Below, in pieces: positions 12,903 to 23,596 of a DNA stretch of 64,000 nt. The position numbers and the translations under genes were made by a program. Location of the stretch: contig CACWLA010000001.1 of assembly GCA_902761665.1 (NCBI GenBank), positions 20,890-84,889 of the forward strand. The letters are read 5' to 3'. The notes below the pieces were generated by a model, which saw nothing but the letters and a program-made list of their open reading frames with translations, had not been told where the DNA came from and did not search any database. Origin of the DNA: an uncultured Lachnospiraceae bacterium. GTDB lineage: Bacteria; Bacillota; Clostridia; Lachnospirales; Lachnospiraceae. Position 1 is the first letter of the stretch. Each line of letters opens with the position of its first letter.

Positions 12903-13664
12903 TTATCTCTTCTTGTACAGCAGCAGTTCCGGCTCGGTGCCGCCTTCCGCGTAAGTGCAGATCAGGATGAAGTCAGCGTTGGCAAGGACGCCGAAGCAAC
13001 GTTCTTCTCCGGGAACTTCCAGCTGCGTGCCCAGGTAGGTCGTGCCGTCGTCCAGAAATTTGACCGCGGCCCCGCCGGGCAGCGGATAGGCAAGGTTCAC
13101 ATAGGAACCGACGAGGGCATTCAGGGACTCGACCTTCGGCATTCCCGGGATCCCGAGCGCATTGATCTCCTCGACCAGCTGCTTCTTGAAGGCGTCAAAC
13201 TTCCCGCCGTCGCTGAGCTCTTTGTGACGCTTCCAGTAATCCAGCTCCGGCAGGCGGTGTTTCAGATACCCGCGCGCCTGCTCCTCGGAAAAGCCGTCCC
13301 CGGCCATGTTCTTCACGCACACCTCGATCAGGTCGTCCATGCTGTCATAGGTGTAGGTCCCGTCGGCGTAGCACCACTTGCAGTAGTCCTCGTTGAGCGA
13401 ACTGTCCGCGTTCCGGCCGATGATCGTATCGTCGAGCGGCATGCCGCAGCACTGGCAGAAGAGCTGTCGCGGCGAGCCGAGCAGTGTGTTGATGGAGACG
13501 TTGAAGAGGTTCGAAAGAAGTTTCAGGGTCTCGGTATTCGGCACGGTGTCGCCGTTTTCCCAGCGGGAGACGGCCTGCCTCGTCACGAAGACTTTTTCCG
13601 CGAGCTCATCCTGCGAGAACCCGCTTTTCGTTCTCAGATCATAAATCACTTCCTGTGTGGTCAT
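12903..13664 (-). CDS. XRE-family HTH protein with central Cys4 zinc-ribbon and uncharacterised C-terminal domain
   Basis: N-terminal HTH (FSQDELAEKVFVTRQAVSRWENGDTVPNTETLKLLSNLFNVSINTLLG), then CQCCG...CKWC. AGGAGG RBS. Confidence 0.7.
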   Translation of the reverse strand: MTTQEVIYDLRTKSGFSQDELAEKVFVTRQAVSRWENGDTVPNTETLKLLSNLFNVSINTLLGSPRQLFCQCCGMPLDDTIIGRNADSSLNEDYCKWCYADGTYTYDSMDDLIEVCVKNMAGDGFSEEQARGYLKHRLPELDYWKRHKELSDGGKFDAFKKQLVEEINALGIPGMPKVESLNALVGSYVNLAYPLPGGAAVKFLDDGTTYLGTQLEVPGEERCFGVLANADFILICTYAEGGTEPELLLYKKR

Positions 13665-13830
13665 GGAAAAACCTCCTTGCTGCCTTGACTGACTTTATCC
13701 TAGTATGAAAATGAGCACCGTGCAAGCAACCTGCTGTTGCGCAGCCGAAAATTGCCGCACAATAGCCCAGTTCCCTGCAGCTGGGGCGGCTGCCTTCATC
13801 TTTTTTGCTTTATTCAGGCACCTGCTGTCT

Positions 13831-14301
13831 TCATTTCTCAGACGGAATCTCGATAGAGATGGATAATCGGCCTCCCAACGCCTGCGCAATTTTTTCTAAA
13901 GTTGCAACAGAAGGATTGGCAACGCCCCGCTCGATCTTTGATATATCGGACTGGTCGATCCCGCAAAGATCCGCAAGCTGCTTCTGCGAGATGTCCGCCT
14001 CCGCTCTGGCGGAAGCGACTGCGTGAGCTGACGCCTGATGAATGACAAGGACTTCTCTGCGAAGGTTTTCACCCTCTTCATAGATCGTTTCGGCGTCAAT
14101 ATCCAGTTCGTCATTCCAGACGATACCGTAAGCACCTATCAGCTTTCCGGACAGGAACAGACTTCGGTCTTCCAGCTGTTTCAACTGCGGATATTTAGGG
14201 AACAGCGTGCGCATATCGTAGCGCTTAACATAACCGTCCTGAAATAAGACTTCCAGAGTTGTTCCTTCAAGTAATCTCAATTCTGCTGCTTTGTGAAACA
14301 T
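13831..14301 (-). CDS. DUF2442 domain fused to a C-terminal XRE-type HTH
   Basis: N-terminal half (LEVLFQDGYVKRYDM...GIVWNDELDIDAETIY) matches my memory of DUF2442. C-terminal half (QKQLADLCGIDQSDISKIERGVANPSVATLEKIAQALG) is a Cro/C1 HTH. Confidence 0.7.
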   Translation of the reverse strand: MFHKAAELRLLEGTTLEVLFQDGYVKRYDMRTLFPKYPQLKQLEDRSLFLSGKLIGAYGIVWNDELDIDAETIYEEGENLRREVLVIHQASAHAVASARAEADISQKQLADLCGIDQSDISKIERGVANPSVATLEKIAQALGGRLSISIEIPSEK

Positions 14302-14332
14302 AACGACATCTCCCTCTTGCCCTGTCTCGCTG

Positions 14333-14587
14333 TTACGTCAGCGGAGGCAGCTTTTGATACTTCCCGCTTTCCCACATTTCGAGCAGTTCATTTTGATATT
14401 TCAAAATGAATTCCTGTACTAACGCCTTTGCCTTTGGAGGAAATTCACCTTCAATGATCTCTCCTGTAGCGATCAGAAACGGGGCGTCCAGATCCTGCGT
14501 GATCGCATGTACGTGCGGAGGATTATGTTCCTTGCTGCGCAGGTACATGACAATAATGATCCCGTAGAAGTAGCTGATCGTTGGAAT
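14333..14587 (-). CDS. DUF4160-family protein, probably initiated at ATT
   Basis: Tracked ORF starts at ATG 14548 (MYLRSKEHNPPHVHA...). The 13 in-frame upstream codons encode I-PTISYFYGIIIV, the conserved DUF4160 N-terminus. AAGGAGA (14594-14600) lies 6 nt before ATT 14585-14587. No SD precedes the internal ATG. Confidence 0.65.
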   Translation of the reverse strand: MPTISYFYGIIIVMYLRSKEHNPPHVHAITQDLDAPFLIATGEIIEGEFPPKAKALVQEFILKYQNELLEMWESGKYQKLPPLT

Positions 14588-14619
14588 GAGATGTCTCCTT
14601 TCTAAGATTTTGCAGCTTG

Positions 14620-14648
14620 ACTATAGGGGATATATACCCTAATGTCAA
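14620..14648 (-). promoter_or_regulatory. Promoter of the DUF4160/DUF2442-HTH pair
   Basis: On the minus strand: TTGACA (14643-14648), 17-nt spacer, TATAGT (14620-14625). Confidence 0.65.
14624..14641. promoter_or_regulatory. 18-bp near-palindrome in the promoter spacer (candidate operator)
   Basis: TAGGGGATA|TATACCCTA, one mismatch from a perfect inverted repeat. It fills the -35/-10 spacer. Confidence 0.45.
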
Positions 14649-14664
14649 GAATAAAAAAACACGG

Positions 14665-15957
14665 TCATTTCGTCTTCCGCGCTCCCCTCACCAGCCGCCA
14701 GAGCGGCAGGAGGATGAGATAGAAAGCGGTAAGGACGGCGGCGGACGGTGCGCCGGCTGCGGCAAGCGGCACGGCGCAGGCAATGGACCAGGGAATGAGC
14801 GGCGCGGTCACGACTGCGCTGTCCTCAAGGTCGAGGGCGAGAACTTCCTTATCGGCATATTCGCCGCGGCAGAGCTGCTCGGTCAGGAGGATGGTCAGGG
14901 TCTGGTTGCAGGCGATGACGCCGGTGAGGACGGAGGTGACGAGAGTGGCAGCGTAGGCGCCTGTCTTTGCGGCCAGCCTGCCGATAAGGCGTTTGGCCTT
15001 ACCCAGCATCCCAGTCTTCTGAAAGATCCCGGAGTAGGCGGAGGAAAGGCAGACGATGCAGGCGACGCGGATCATGGAGACGATGCCGCCCCCGCTGACG
15101 AGACGGGCGACCTCAGCATCCGCAGGCGTAAAGCCGGATAACGCGGCGCGCAGGATCTCTGCCGCGGAAAGGTTCTGAAGGATGAAACACAGCGGGACCG
15201 CGGTCAGGATGCTGACGCTCATGGCAAGCTTTACGTTTACGCGGAATGCCGCCAGGACCAGGATGACGGCCGCCGGGATGAGGGCGGTCCAGTGCAGCCG
15301 GAAACTCCGGGAGAACAGGGCTTCGAGATCCATGACGGAGCCCTCGCGCGGGAGCGTCAGTCCGATCCCGGCGTAGATGCCGCAGGCAAGCAGAAACGGA
15401 ACGAAGGCCGTTTTGACCATGCGGCGGATGTTGTCGTAGATATCGGTCTTCGTGACGGCAGCGACCAGGAGGGCGCTCGTGGAAACGGGAGAGCAGCGGT
15501 CACCGAAGAATGCACCGGACAGCACTGCGCCGCCGGTAAGCAGAGGGGAGACGCCCATGGCGGTGCCGATCGCTGCGCAGATGACACCCATGGTGGCGGC
15601 GGTCCCGAAGGAGGTTCCCGTCAGCACGGAGACCAGGCAGTTAAGGAGAAAGGCCATCAGAAGGAAGACGGACGGCCGGATCAGGCCGGAGGCATAGCAG
15701 ACGATGACGGGGATCGTCCCGGCTGCGCGCCAGAGCGCCGTCATGATCCCGATCAGGAAGAAGGTGATGAGGATGTTGCGGACAGTCCTGATCCCTTCGA
15801 AGGCCATGCTGAATAGTTCGCGCCAGGAAAAGCCTTTGCGCCTGCCGTACAGCAAAAAGACGAGCAGGCCGAAGGCGAGGGCGTACAGGATCGACAGATC
15901 CAGTACGATGCAGATAAGCAGGGCGGCACAGAAAAGGCCGAGCGCGATCCATTCCAT
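14665..15957 (-). CDS. NhaC-family Na+/H+ antiporter-like membrane transporter
   Basis: Polytopic, about 430 aa. Start ATG 15957 (MEWIALGLF...) with AAGGAG 6 nt upstream. Overall pattern resembles NhaC-family proteins. Confidence 0.75.
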   Translation of the reverse strand: MEWIALGLFCAALLICIVLDLSILYALAFGLLVFLLYGRRKGFSWRELFSMAFEGIRTVRNILITFFLIGIMTALWRAAGTIPVIVCYASGLIRPSVFLLMAFLLNCLVSVLTGTSFGTAATMGVICAAIGTAMGVSPLLTGGAVLSGAFFGDRCSPVSTSALLVAAVTKTDIYDNIRRMVKTAFVPFLLACGIYAGIGLTLPREGSVMDLEALFSRSFRLHWTALIPAAVILVLAAFRVNVKLAMSVSILTAVPLCFILQNLSAAEILRAALSGFTPADAEVARLVSGGGIVSMIRVACIVCLSSAYSGIFQKTGMLGKAKRLIGRLAAKTGAYAATLVTSVLTGVIACNQTLTILLTEQLCRGEYADKEVLALDLEDSAVVTAPLIPWSIACAVPLAAAGAPSAAVLTAFYLILLPLWRLVRGARKTK

Positions 15958-16001
15958 GGAAAACTCCTTGCGCATTTCGGGGCGCGGAGGCGGTGAGGCG
16001 G

Positions 16002-16643
16002 TCAGGCCTTCGGCGGGAGGGCAGCGAGTTTCCCGATGGGGTTGCCCTTTGCCGAGAATTTTTCTTCGTATTCGGTCATGACGTTGCCCTCGGATAGGAC
16101 CGGGTCATGATGAAGGTCGCGGGTGAGAAGGGTGAGCGTCCAGCCCTCGTTTTTCAGGGTCTCTGCGGACCAGTCAAAGAGGGGCATGTTGTCGGTCTTG
16201 AATTCAAGGCGGCCGTCAGGCGCGAGCAGGCTCTGCCACATTTTCAGAAAGCCCGGCGCGGTCAGGCGGCGCTTTGCGTGGCGGTCCTTCGGCCAGGGAT
16301 CGGAGAAATTGAGGTAGATGATGTCGACTTCGCCTTCCTCAAATACCTCGGAAAGGCCGCGCGCATCCATCCAAAGGAACTTCAGGTTGGCCAGCTGCTC
16401 GCGGTCCTTCTTCAGCGCCTTGAACAGGACACTGGAGTAAAAATCCAGTCCAACATAGGCAATTTCGGGGTTTAAGGCGGCTAACTGCGTGACAAATTTC
16501 CCCTTGCCGCAGCCAATCTCAAGGGCAATCTTCCGCCCGCCGAAGTATTCCCTCCACTTGCCCTTCATGCTTTCGGGCTCGTGGATGACCTGCGGGCTGG
16601 CTGCGACGACGTCTTCGGATCCCGTGATATGTTTCAGACGCAT
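16002..16643 (-). CDS. trmB: tRNA (guanine-N7)-methyltransferase
   Basis: Start ATG 16643 (MRLKHI...). SAM motif LEIGCGKGKF and FSDPWPKDRHAKRR motif. Confidence 0.88.
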   Translation of the reverse strand: MRLKHITGSEDVVAASPQVIHEPESMKGKWREYFGGRKIALEIGCGKGKFVTQLAALNPEIAYVGLDFYSSVLFKALKKDREQLANLKFLWMDARGLSEVFEEGEVDIIYLNFSDPWPKDRHAKRRLTAPGFLKMWQSLLAPDGRLEFKTDNMPLFDWSAETLKNEGWTLTLLTRDLHHDPVLSEGNVMTEYEEKFSAKGNPIGKLAALPPKA

Positions 16644-16796
16644 AACTGACCTCCTGCGGCCGGATGCCGCGACGCCACTATACCATGAAGGCGCCTTCCG
16701 GCGCAAGTTTCCATCTTTCTTTTCTCAGTCTTTTGCTGGCGCAGGGACGCTCCGGCTGTTATAATGGAACAAACACTTATCCGACAGGAGAGAGCA

Positions 16797-18698
16797 ATGA
16801 TCAGAAGATTCGTTTCAGGACGGCCGGTCGTGACCGGCGCCGTGGTTCGCAGGCTGCCGGCCGAAAGCATGGACGGCTTCCCTTTCGCGCATCGCCCGGA
16901 CGGCGGGCGCTTTGTCTTTTCCTTCCCGCTGGAGAAGGACGGGATCGTGTACGGGCTCGGCGAAGCGCCGCGCGGGATCAATAAGCGCGGCTGGATCTAC
17001 CGGAGCTTCTGCAGCGATGACTATCTGCATACGGAGGAGAAGGAGGCCTTCTACGCCGCACACAATTTCCTGCTTCATGACGGTTGCGGGATCTTCATCG
17101 ATTTTCCGGCGGAGATCCGCTGGGACATCGGATATACCCGCGCGGATGAGGCGGTGATCACCCTGGACGGAGAGGATTTTGAGATCTATCTGATCTTCGG
17201 GGAGACGCCGCGTGCCATCGTCCGCGAATTCCGCTCCCTGATCGGGAAAAGCTACGTCCCGCCGTTCTGGTCCTTCGGCTTCCAGCAGTCCCGCTGGAGC
17301 TACCATAATGCCGAAGCGGTACGGGACATCGTCCGCGGCTATGACGAGGCCGAGCTCCCGCTGGACGCCGTTTACCTGGATATCGACTACATGGATCACT
17401 ATAAGAACTTCACGGTGGATCGGGAGGCCTTTCCGGATCTTGCCGGCCTTGCCGCGGAGATGAAGTCGGAAGGGATCCACCTCGTTCCCATCATCGATGC
17501 CGGCGTCAAAAAAGAAGAAGGCTACGCGGTCTATGAAGAAGGCCGGGACAAAGGCTATTTCTGCAAAAATGAGGACGGCACCGACTTCGAAGGCGCTGTC
17601 TGGCCGGGCACCGTGGGCTTCCCTGACTTCCTGCGTCCCGAGGTGCGAGCGTGGTTCGGCGAAAAGTACCGCGTCCTTACCGACATGGGCATCGACGGCT
17701 TCTGGAACGACATGAACGAACCGGCGATCTTTTACTCCGCGAAAGGCCTTGCAGATGCCCTAGAAACGGCGTCGGAGATGCGCGGCAAAAATCTTGATCT
17801 TTCGCAGTTCTTTGCACTGAAAGGCGCTTTCGAAGGGCTGGACAACCGGCGGGAGGACTATGCCTCGATCTTTCATGAGATCGGCGGGCAGCCTGTGAAC
17901 CACATGCGTGTCCACAATCTTTACGGGGCTTCCATGACCCGGGCGGCCGGTGAATTCTTTGAAGAGGTGTTCGGAAAGGAAAAGATCCTGCTGATCTCCC
18001 GCGCATCCTGCATCGGCGCGCACCGCTATGGCGGCATCTGGTTCGGCGACAACCATTCGTGGTGGCAGCACATCCTGCTGTGCCTGAAGATGCTGCCCTC
18101 CGCCAACATGTGCGGCTTCCTGTACTGCGGGGCAGACCTCGGCGGTTTCGGCGGCAACACGACGCCCGACCTTCTGCTCCGTTTCCTCGCACTCGGTGTC
18201 TTCACCCCGCTCATGCGCAACCACTCTGCGATGGGCACCCGCGATCAGGAATGCTTCCGCTTCGAAAATACGGCGGATTTCCGGGACGTCATCCGGGTCC
18301 GCTACCGTCTGATCCCTTATCTGTACGAAACGTTCCGCCGCGCGGCGGAGGAAGGGGACATGATGTTCCGTCCGCTTTCCTTCGACTGGCCGGACGATCC
18401 CCTTGCCCGCGAATGTGAAACGCAGCTGCTGCTCGGCGAAGAGTGCATGATCGCGCCGGTGTATGAGCAGAACGCTTCCGGCCGGACGGTGTACCTGCCC
18501 GAGGAAATGTGCTTCGTAAAGCTCTCGGGAGACCGCATTACGGCGAAAGAGATCCTTCCTCCCGGTCTTCACTATATCCGCGTCGCCCTGAACGAGGTGC
18601 CGCTCTTCCTGAGAAAGGGAAAGAGCATCCCGCTCTGCCGCCCCGCTCTCCGCACCTCAAGGTTGGATTTAGCAGGGAAAGAAAACCTCACGTGGTGA
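16797..18698 (+). CDS. GH31 alpha-glucosidase
   Basis: Start ATG 16797 (GGAGAG RBS). GH31 signature GIDGFWNDMNEPAIF and downstream GDNHSWW region. Confidence 0.85.
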   Translation: MIRRFVSGRPVVTGAVVRRLPAESMDGFPFAHRPDGGRFVFSFPLEKDGIVYGLGEAPRGINKRGWIYRSFCSDDYLHTEEKEAFYAAHNFLLHDGCGIFIDFPAEIRWDIGYTRADEAVITLDGEDFEIYLIFGETPRAIVREFRSLIGKSYVPPFWSFGFQQSRWSYHNAEAVRDIVRGYDEAELPLDAVYLDIDYMDHYKNFTVDREAFPDLAGLAAEMKSEGIHLVPIIDAGVKKEEGYAVYEEGRDKGYFCKNEDGTDFEGAVWPGTVGFPDFLRPEVRAWFGEKYRVLTDMGIDGFWNDMNEPAIFYSAKGLADALETASEMRGKNLDLSQFFALKGAFEGLDNRREDYASIFHEIGGQPVNHMRVHNLYGASMTRAAGEFFEEVFGKEKILLISRASCIGAHRYGGIWFGDNHSWWQHILLCLKMLPSANMCGFLYCGADLGGFGGNTTPDLLLRFLALGVFTPLMRNHSAMGTRDQECFRFENTADFRDVIRVRYRLIPYLYETFRRAAEEGDMMFRPLSFDWPDDPLARECETQLLLGEECMIAPVYEQNASGRTVYLPEEMCFVKLSGDRITAKEILPPGLHYIRVALNEVPLFLRKGKSIPLCRPALRTSRLDLAGKENLTW

Positions 18699-18715
18699 AC
18701 ACCGGAGTATCCATG

Positions 18716-18868
18716 CCATAAGCGCGAGCGGGCCGTCCATACCTGAGCGAGCGCGCCCGAAACGGTCTTTCGAAGCGACTTGGAAGCGAAGCGGACCGGA
18801 GCTGAGAAAGACTGTTCGAAGCAGCGAGCGTAACAACCCAAAGCAGCGAGCGCGAACTGTGCCTGAGA
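18716..18868. repeat. Degenerate cluster of AAGC(A/G)GCGAGCG ... TGAG motifs
   Basis: AAGCGCGAGCGG-12nt-TGAG, AAGCGAAGCGG-8nt-TGAG, AAGCAGCGAGCG, AAGCAGCGAGCGCG-9nt-TGAG within 150 nt between the GH31 stop and the metG promoter. Confidence 0.4.
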
Positions 18869-18878
18869 TAGATATTTC

Positions 18879-18907
18879 TTGCCTCGCGCGCGCATGTGTG
18901 CTATAAT
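18879..18907 (+). promoter_or_regulatory. metG promoter with extended -10
   Basis: TTGCCT (18879-18884), 17-nt spacer ending in TGc, TATAAT (18902-18907). Confidence 0.65.
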
Positions 18908-19000
18908 CCAACCAAGTATGCCCATCTTTTGGGTATTTTCGGCTGTCCGCAGCCAAGGACCCGGAGCGGCTCATCTGCCGTGACGGATAAGGAGACAAAC

Positions 19001-20989
19001 ATGAACACCTACGACAAGAAACCCTACTACATCACCACCGCCATTGCCTACGCCTCGGGCAAGCCGCACATCGGCAACTGCTATGAGATCGTCCTGACGG
19101 ATGCCATTGCCAGATTCCGCAGAGCCCAGGGCTACGACGTCTTCTTCCAGACCGGCACCGACGAACACGGCCAGAAGATCGAAAACAAGGCGGCAGCCGC
19201 GGGCAAGGATCCGAAGAGCTTCGTGGACGAGACCGCCGGTCTCATTCAGAGCATCTGGGACTCCCTGAACATTTCCTACGACAAGTTCATCCGCACCACC
19301 GACAGCTTCCATGAGGCCGAGGTCCAGAAGATCTTTAAGAAACTCTACGATCAGGGCGATATCTACAAAGGCGCCTACGAAGGCTGGTACTGCGTGCCCG
19401 ACGAGTCTTTCTTTACGGAAAGCCAGGTCGTGGAAAAGGACGGCGTGAAGGTCTGCCCCGACTGCGGCCGCCCCGTGGAAAAGGCCAAGGAAGAAGCGTA
19501 TTTCTTCAGGATGAGCAAATACGCGCCGGCGCTGATCGACCATATCAATAAACATCCCGAGTTCATCCAGCCCGTTTCCCGCAAGAATGAGATGATGAAC
19601 AATTTCCTGCTGCCGGGCCTGCAGGACCTGTGCGTGTCCCGCACCTCCTTCAAGTGGGGCATCCCGGTCACCTTCGACGAAAAGCACGTCGTCTACGTCT
19701 GGCTGGACGCGCTGACCAACTACATCACTGGCATCGGCTACCACTGCGGCGGCGAAAGCACGGAGCAGTATAAGAAATTCTGGCCGGCAGACGTCCACGT
19801 CATCGGCAAGGACATCATCCGCTTCCATACCATTTACTGGCCGATCTTCCTGATGGCGCTCGGCGAACCGCTCCCGAAGCAGGTCTTCGGCCATCCCTGG
19901 CTGCTGCAGGGCGACGGCAAGATGTCGAAGTCGCGCGGCAACGTCCTCTACGCTGACACCCTGATCGATTTCTTCGGCCTCGATGCGGTGCGCTATTTCG
20001 TGCTGCACGAGATGCCGTTTGAAAATGACGGCGTGATCACCTGGGATCTGCTGATCGAACGGATCAACACAGACCTCGCGAACGTCCTCGGCAATCTGCT
20101 GAACCGCACCGTCGCGATGAGCAACAAGTATTTCGGCGGTACCGTTCGAAACGGCGGCGTGAGCGAGCCCGTGGACGATGAACTGATCGCCCTTGCAAAG
20201 GAAACGCCCGCGCGCTGCGAGAAGGCGATGGAGACTCTGCACGTGGCAGATGCCCTGACCGAGATCTGGAACCTCTTCAAGCGCTGCAACAAATATATCG
20301 ACGAGACGATGCCCTGGGCACTTGCGAAGGATCCCGAAAAGCAGGAACGCCTTGCGACTGTGCTGTACAACCTCCGCGAAGGGCTCACCGTCGGCGCGAG
20401 CCTGCTCGCTCCCTTCCTGCCGGATACCGCGAAGAAGATCACGGACCAGCTTGGGACGGAACCGTATTCCTTTGCCGAACTCGGCGGTTTTGGCCTGCAC
20501 GGGGAGACGAAGGTAACGGAGAAGCCGGAGCAGCTCTTTGCGAGACTCGATCCTGCTGCCGTCATGGCGAAGGTGAAGGAGATGTTCCCGGCGCCGGAAG
20601 AAAAGAAGGAAGAACAGCCCGCTCCGGAAGAAAAGACAGAGGAGAAGCCCCTTGTTCACAAGCCCGAGATCGAGTACGACGATTTCGCAAAGCTCGAATT
20701 CCGCATCGGCGAGATCATCGCCTGCGAAGAGGTCCCGAAGTCCAGAAAACTCCTCTGCAACACCATCCGTTTCGGCAGTGAGACCCGTCAGATCCTTTCC
20801 GGGATCAAGGCCTGGTACAAGCCCGAGGAAATGGTCGGCAAGAAGGTCATGGCCATCGTGAACCTGAAGCCCGCGAAACTTGCCGGCATGCTGAGCGAGG
20901 GCATGATCCTCGCTGCGGAGGATGAAGAGGGGAACCTTTCCCTGATGACCCCCGAAAAAGAAGTCGCCGGCGGCGCCGAAGTACGGTAA
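19001..20989 (+). CDS. metG: Methionyl-tRNA synthetase with C-terminal tRNA-binding (Trbp111/EMAP-like) domain
   Basis: Start ATG 19001 (GGAGA RBS; MNTYDKKPYYITTAIAYASGKPHIGN = HIGH-type motif). KMSKS present (GKMSKSRGN). C-terminus FRIGEIIACEEVPKSRKLL. Confidence 0.95.
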   Translation: MNTYDKKPYYITTAIAYASGKPHIGNCYEIVLTDAIARFRRAQGYDVFFQTGTDEHGQKIENKAAAAGKDPKSFVDETAGLIQSIWDSLNISYDKFIRTTDSFHEAEVQKIFKKLYDQGDIYKGAYEGWYCVPDESFFTESQVVEKDGVKVCPDCGRPVEKAKEEAYFFRMSKYAPALIDHINKHPEFIQPVSRKNEMMNNFLLPGLQDLCVSRTSFKWGIPVTFDEKHVVYVWLDALTNYITGIGYHCGGESTEQYKKFWPADVHVIGKDIIRFHTIYWPIFLMALGEPLPKQVFGHPWLLQGDGKMSKSRGNVLYADTLIDFFGLDAVRYFVLHEMPFENDGVITWDLLIERINTDLANVLGNLLNRTVAMSNKYFGGTVRNGGVSEPVDDELIALAKETPARCEKAMETLHVADALTEIWNLFKRCNKYIDETMPWALAKDPEKQERLATVLYNLREGLTVGASLLAPFLPDTAKKITDQLGTEPYSFAELGGFGLHGETKVTEKPEQLFARLDPAAVMAKVKEMFPAPEEKKEEQPAPEEKTEEKPLVHKPEIEYDDFAKLEFRIGEIIACEEVPKSRKLLCNTIRFGSETRQILSGIKAWYKPEEMVGKKVMAIVNLKPAKLAGMLSEGMILAAEDEEGNLSLMTPEKEVAGGAEVR

Positions 20990-21004
20990 GAAGAAGGAAT
21001 AAAC

Positions 21005-23587
<2,583 letters not shown>

Positions 23588-23596
23588 GAGAATGAC

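Noticed and set aside
12903-14660. Prophage remnant or mobile element, suggested by three HTH genes and lower GC.
   Set aside because: No integrase, transposase, terminal repeats or phage structural genes are present. It is treated instead as a small accessory islet (see findings).
18908-19000. T-box or other riboswitch leader upstream of metG.
   Set aside because: Only about 90 nt lie between the -10 and the ATG. There is no T-box consensus (GGUGGUACCGCG-like) and no terminator/antiterminator pair.
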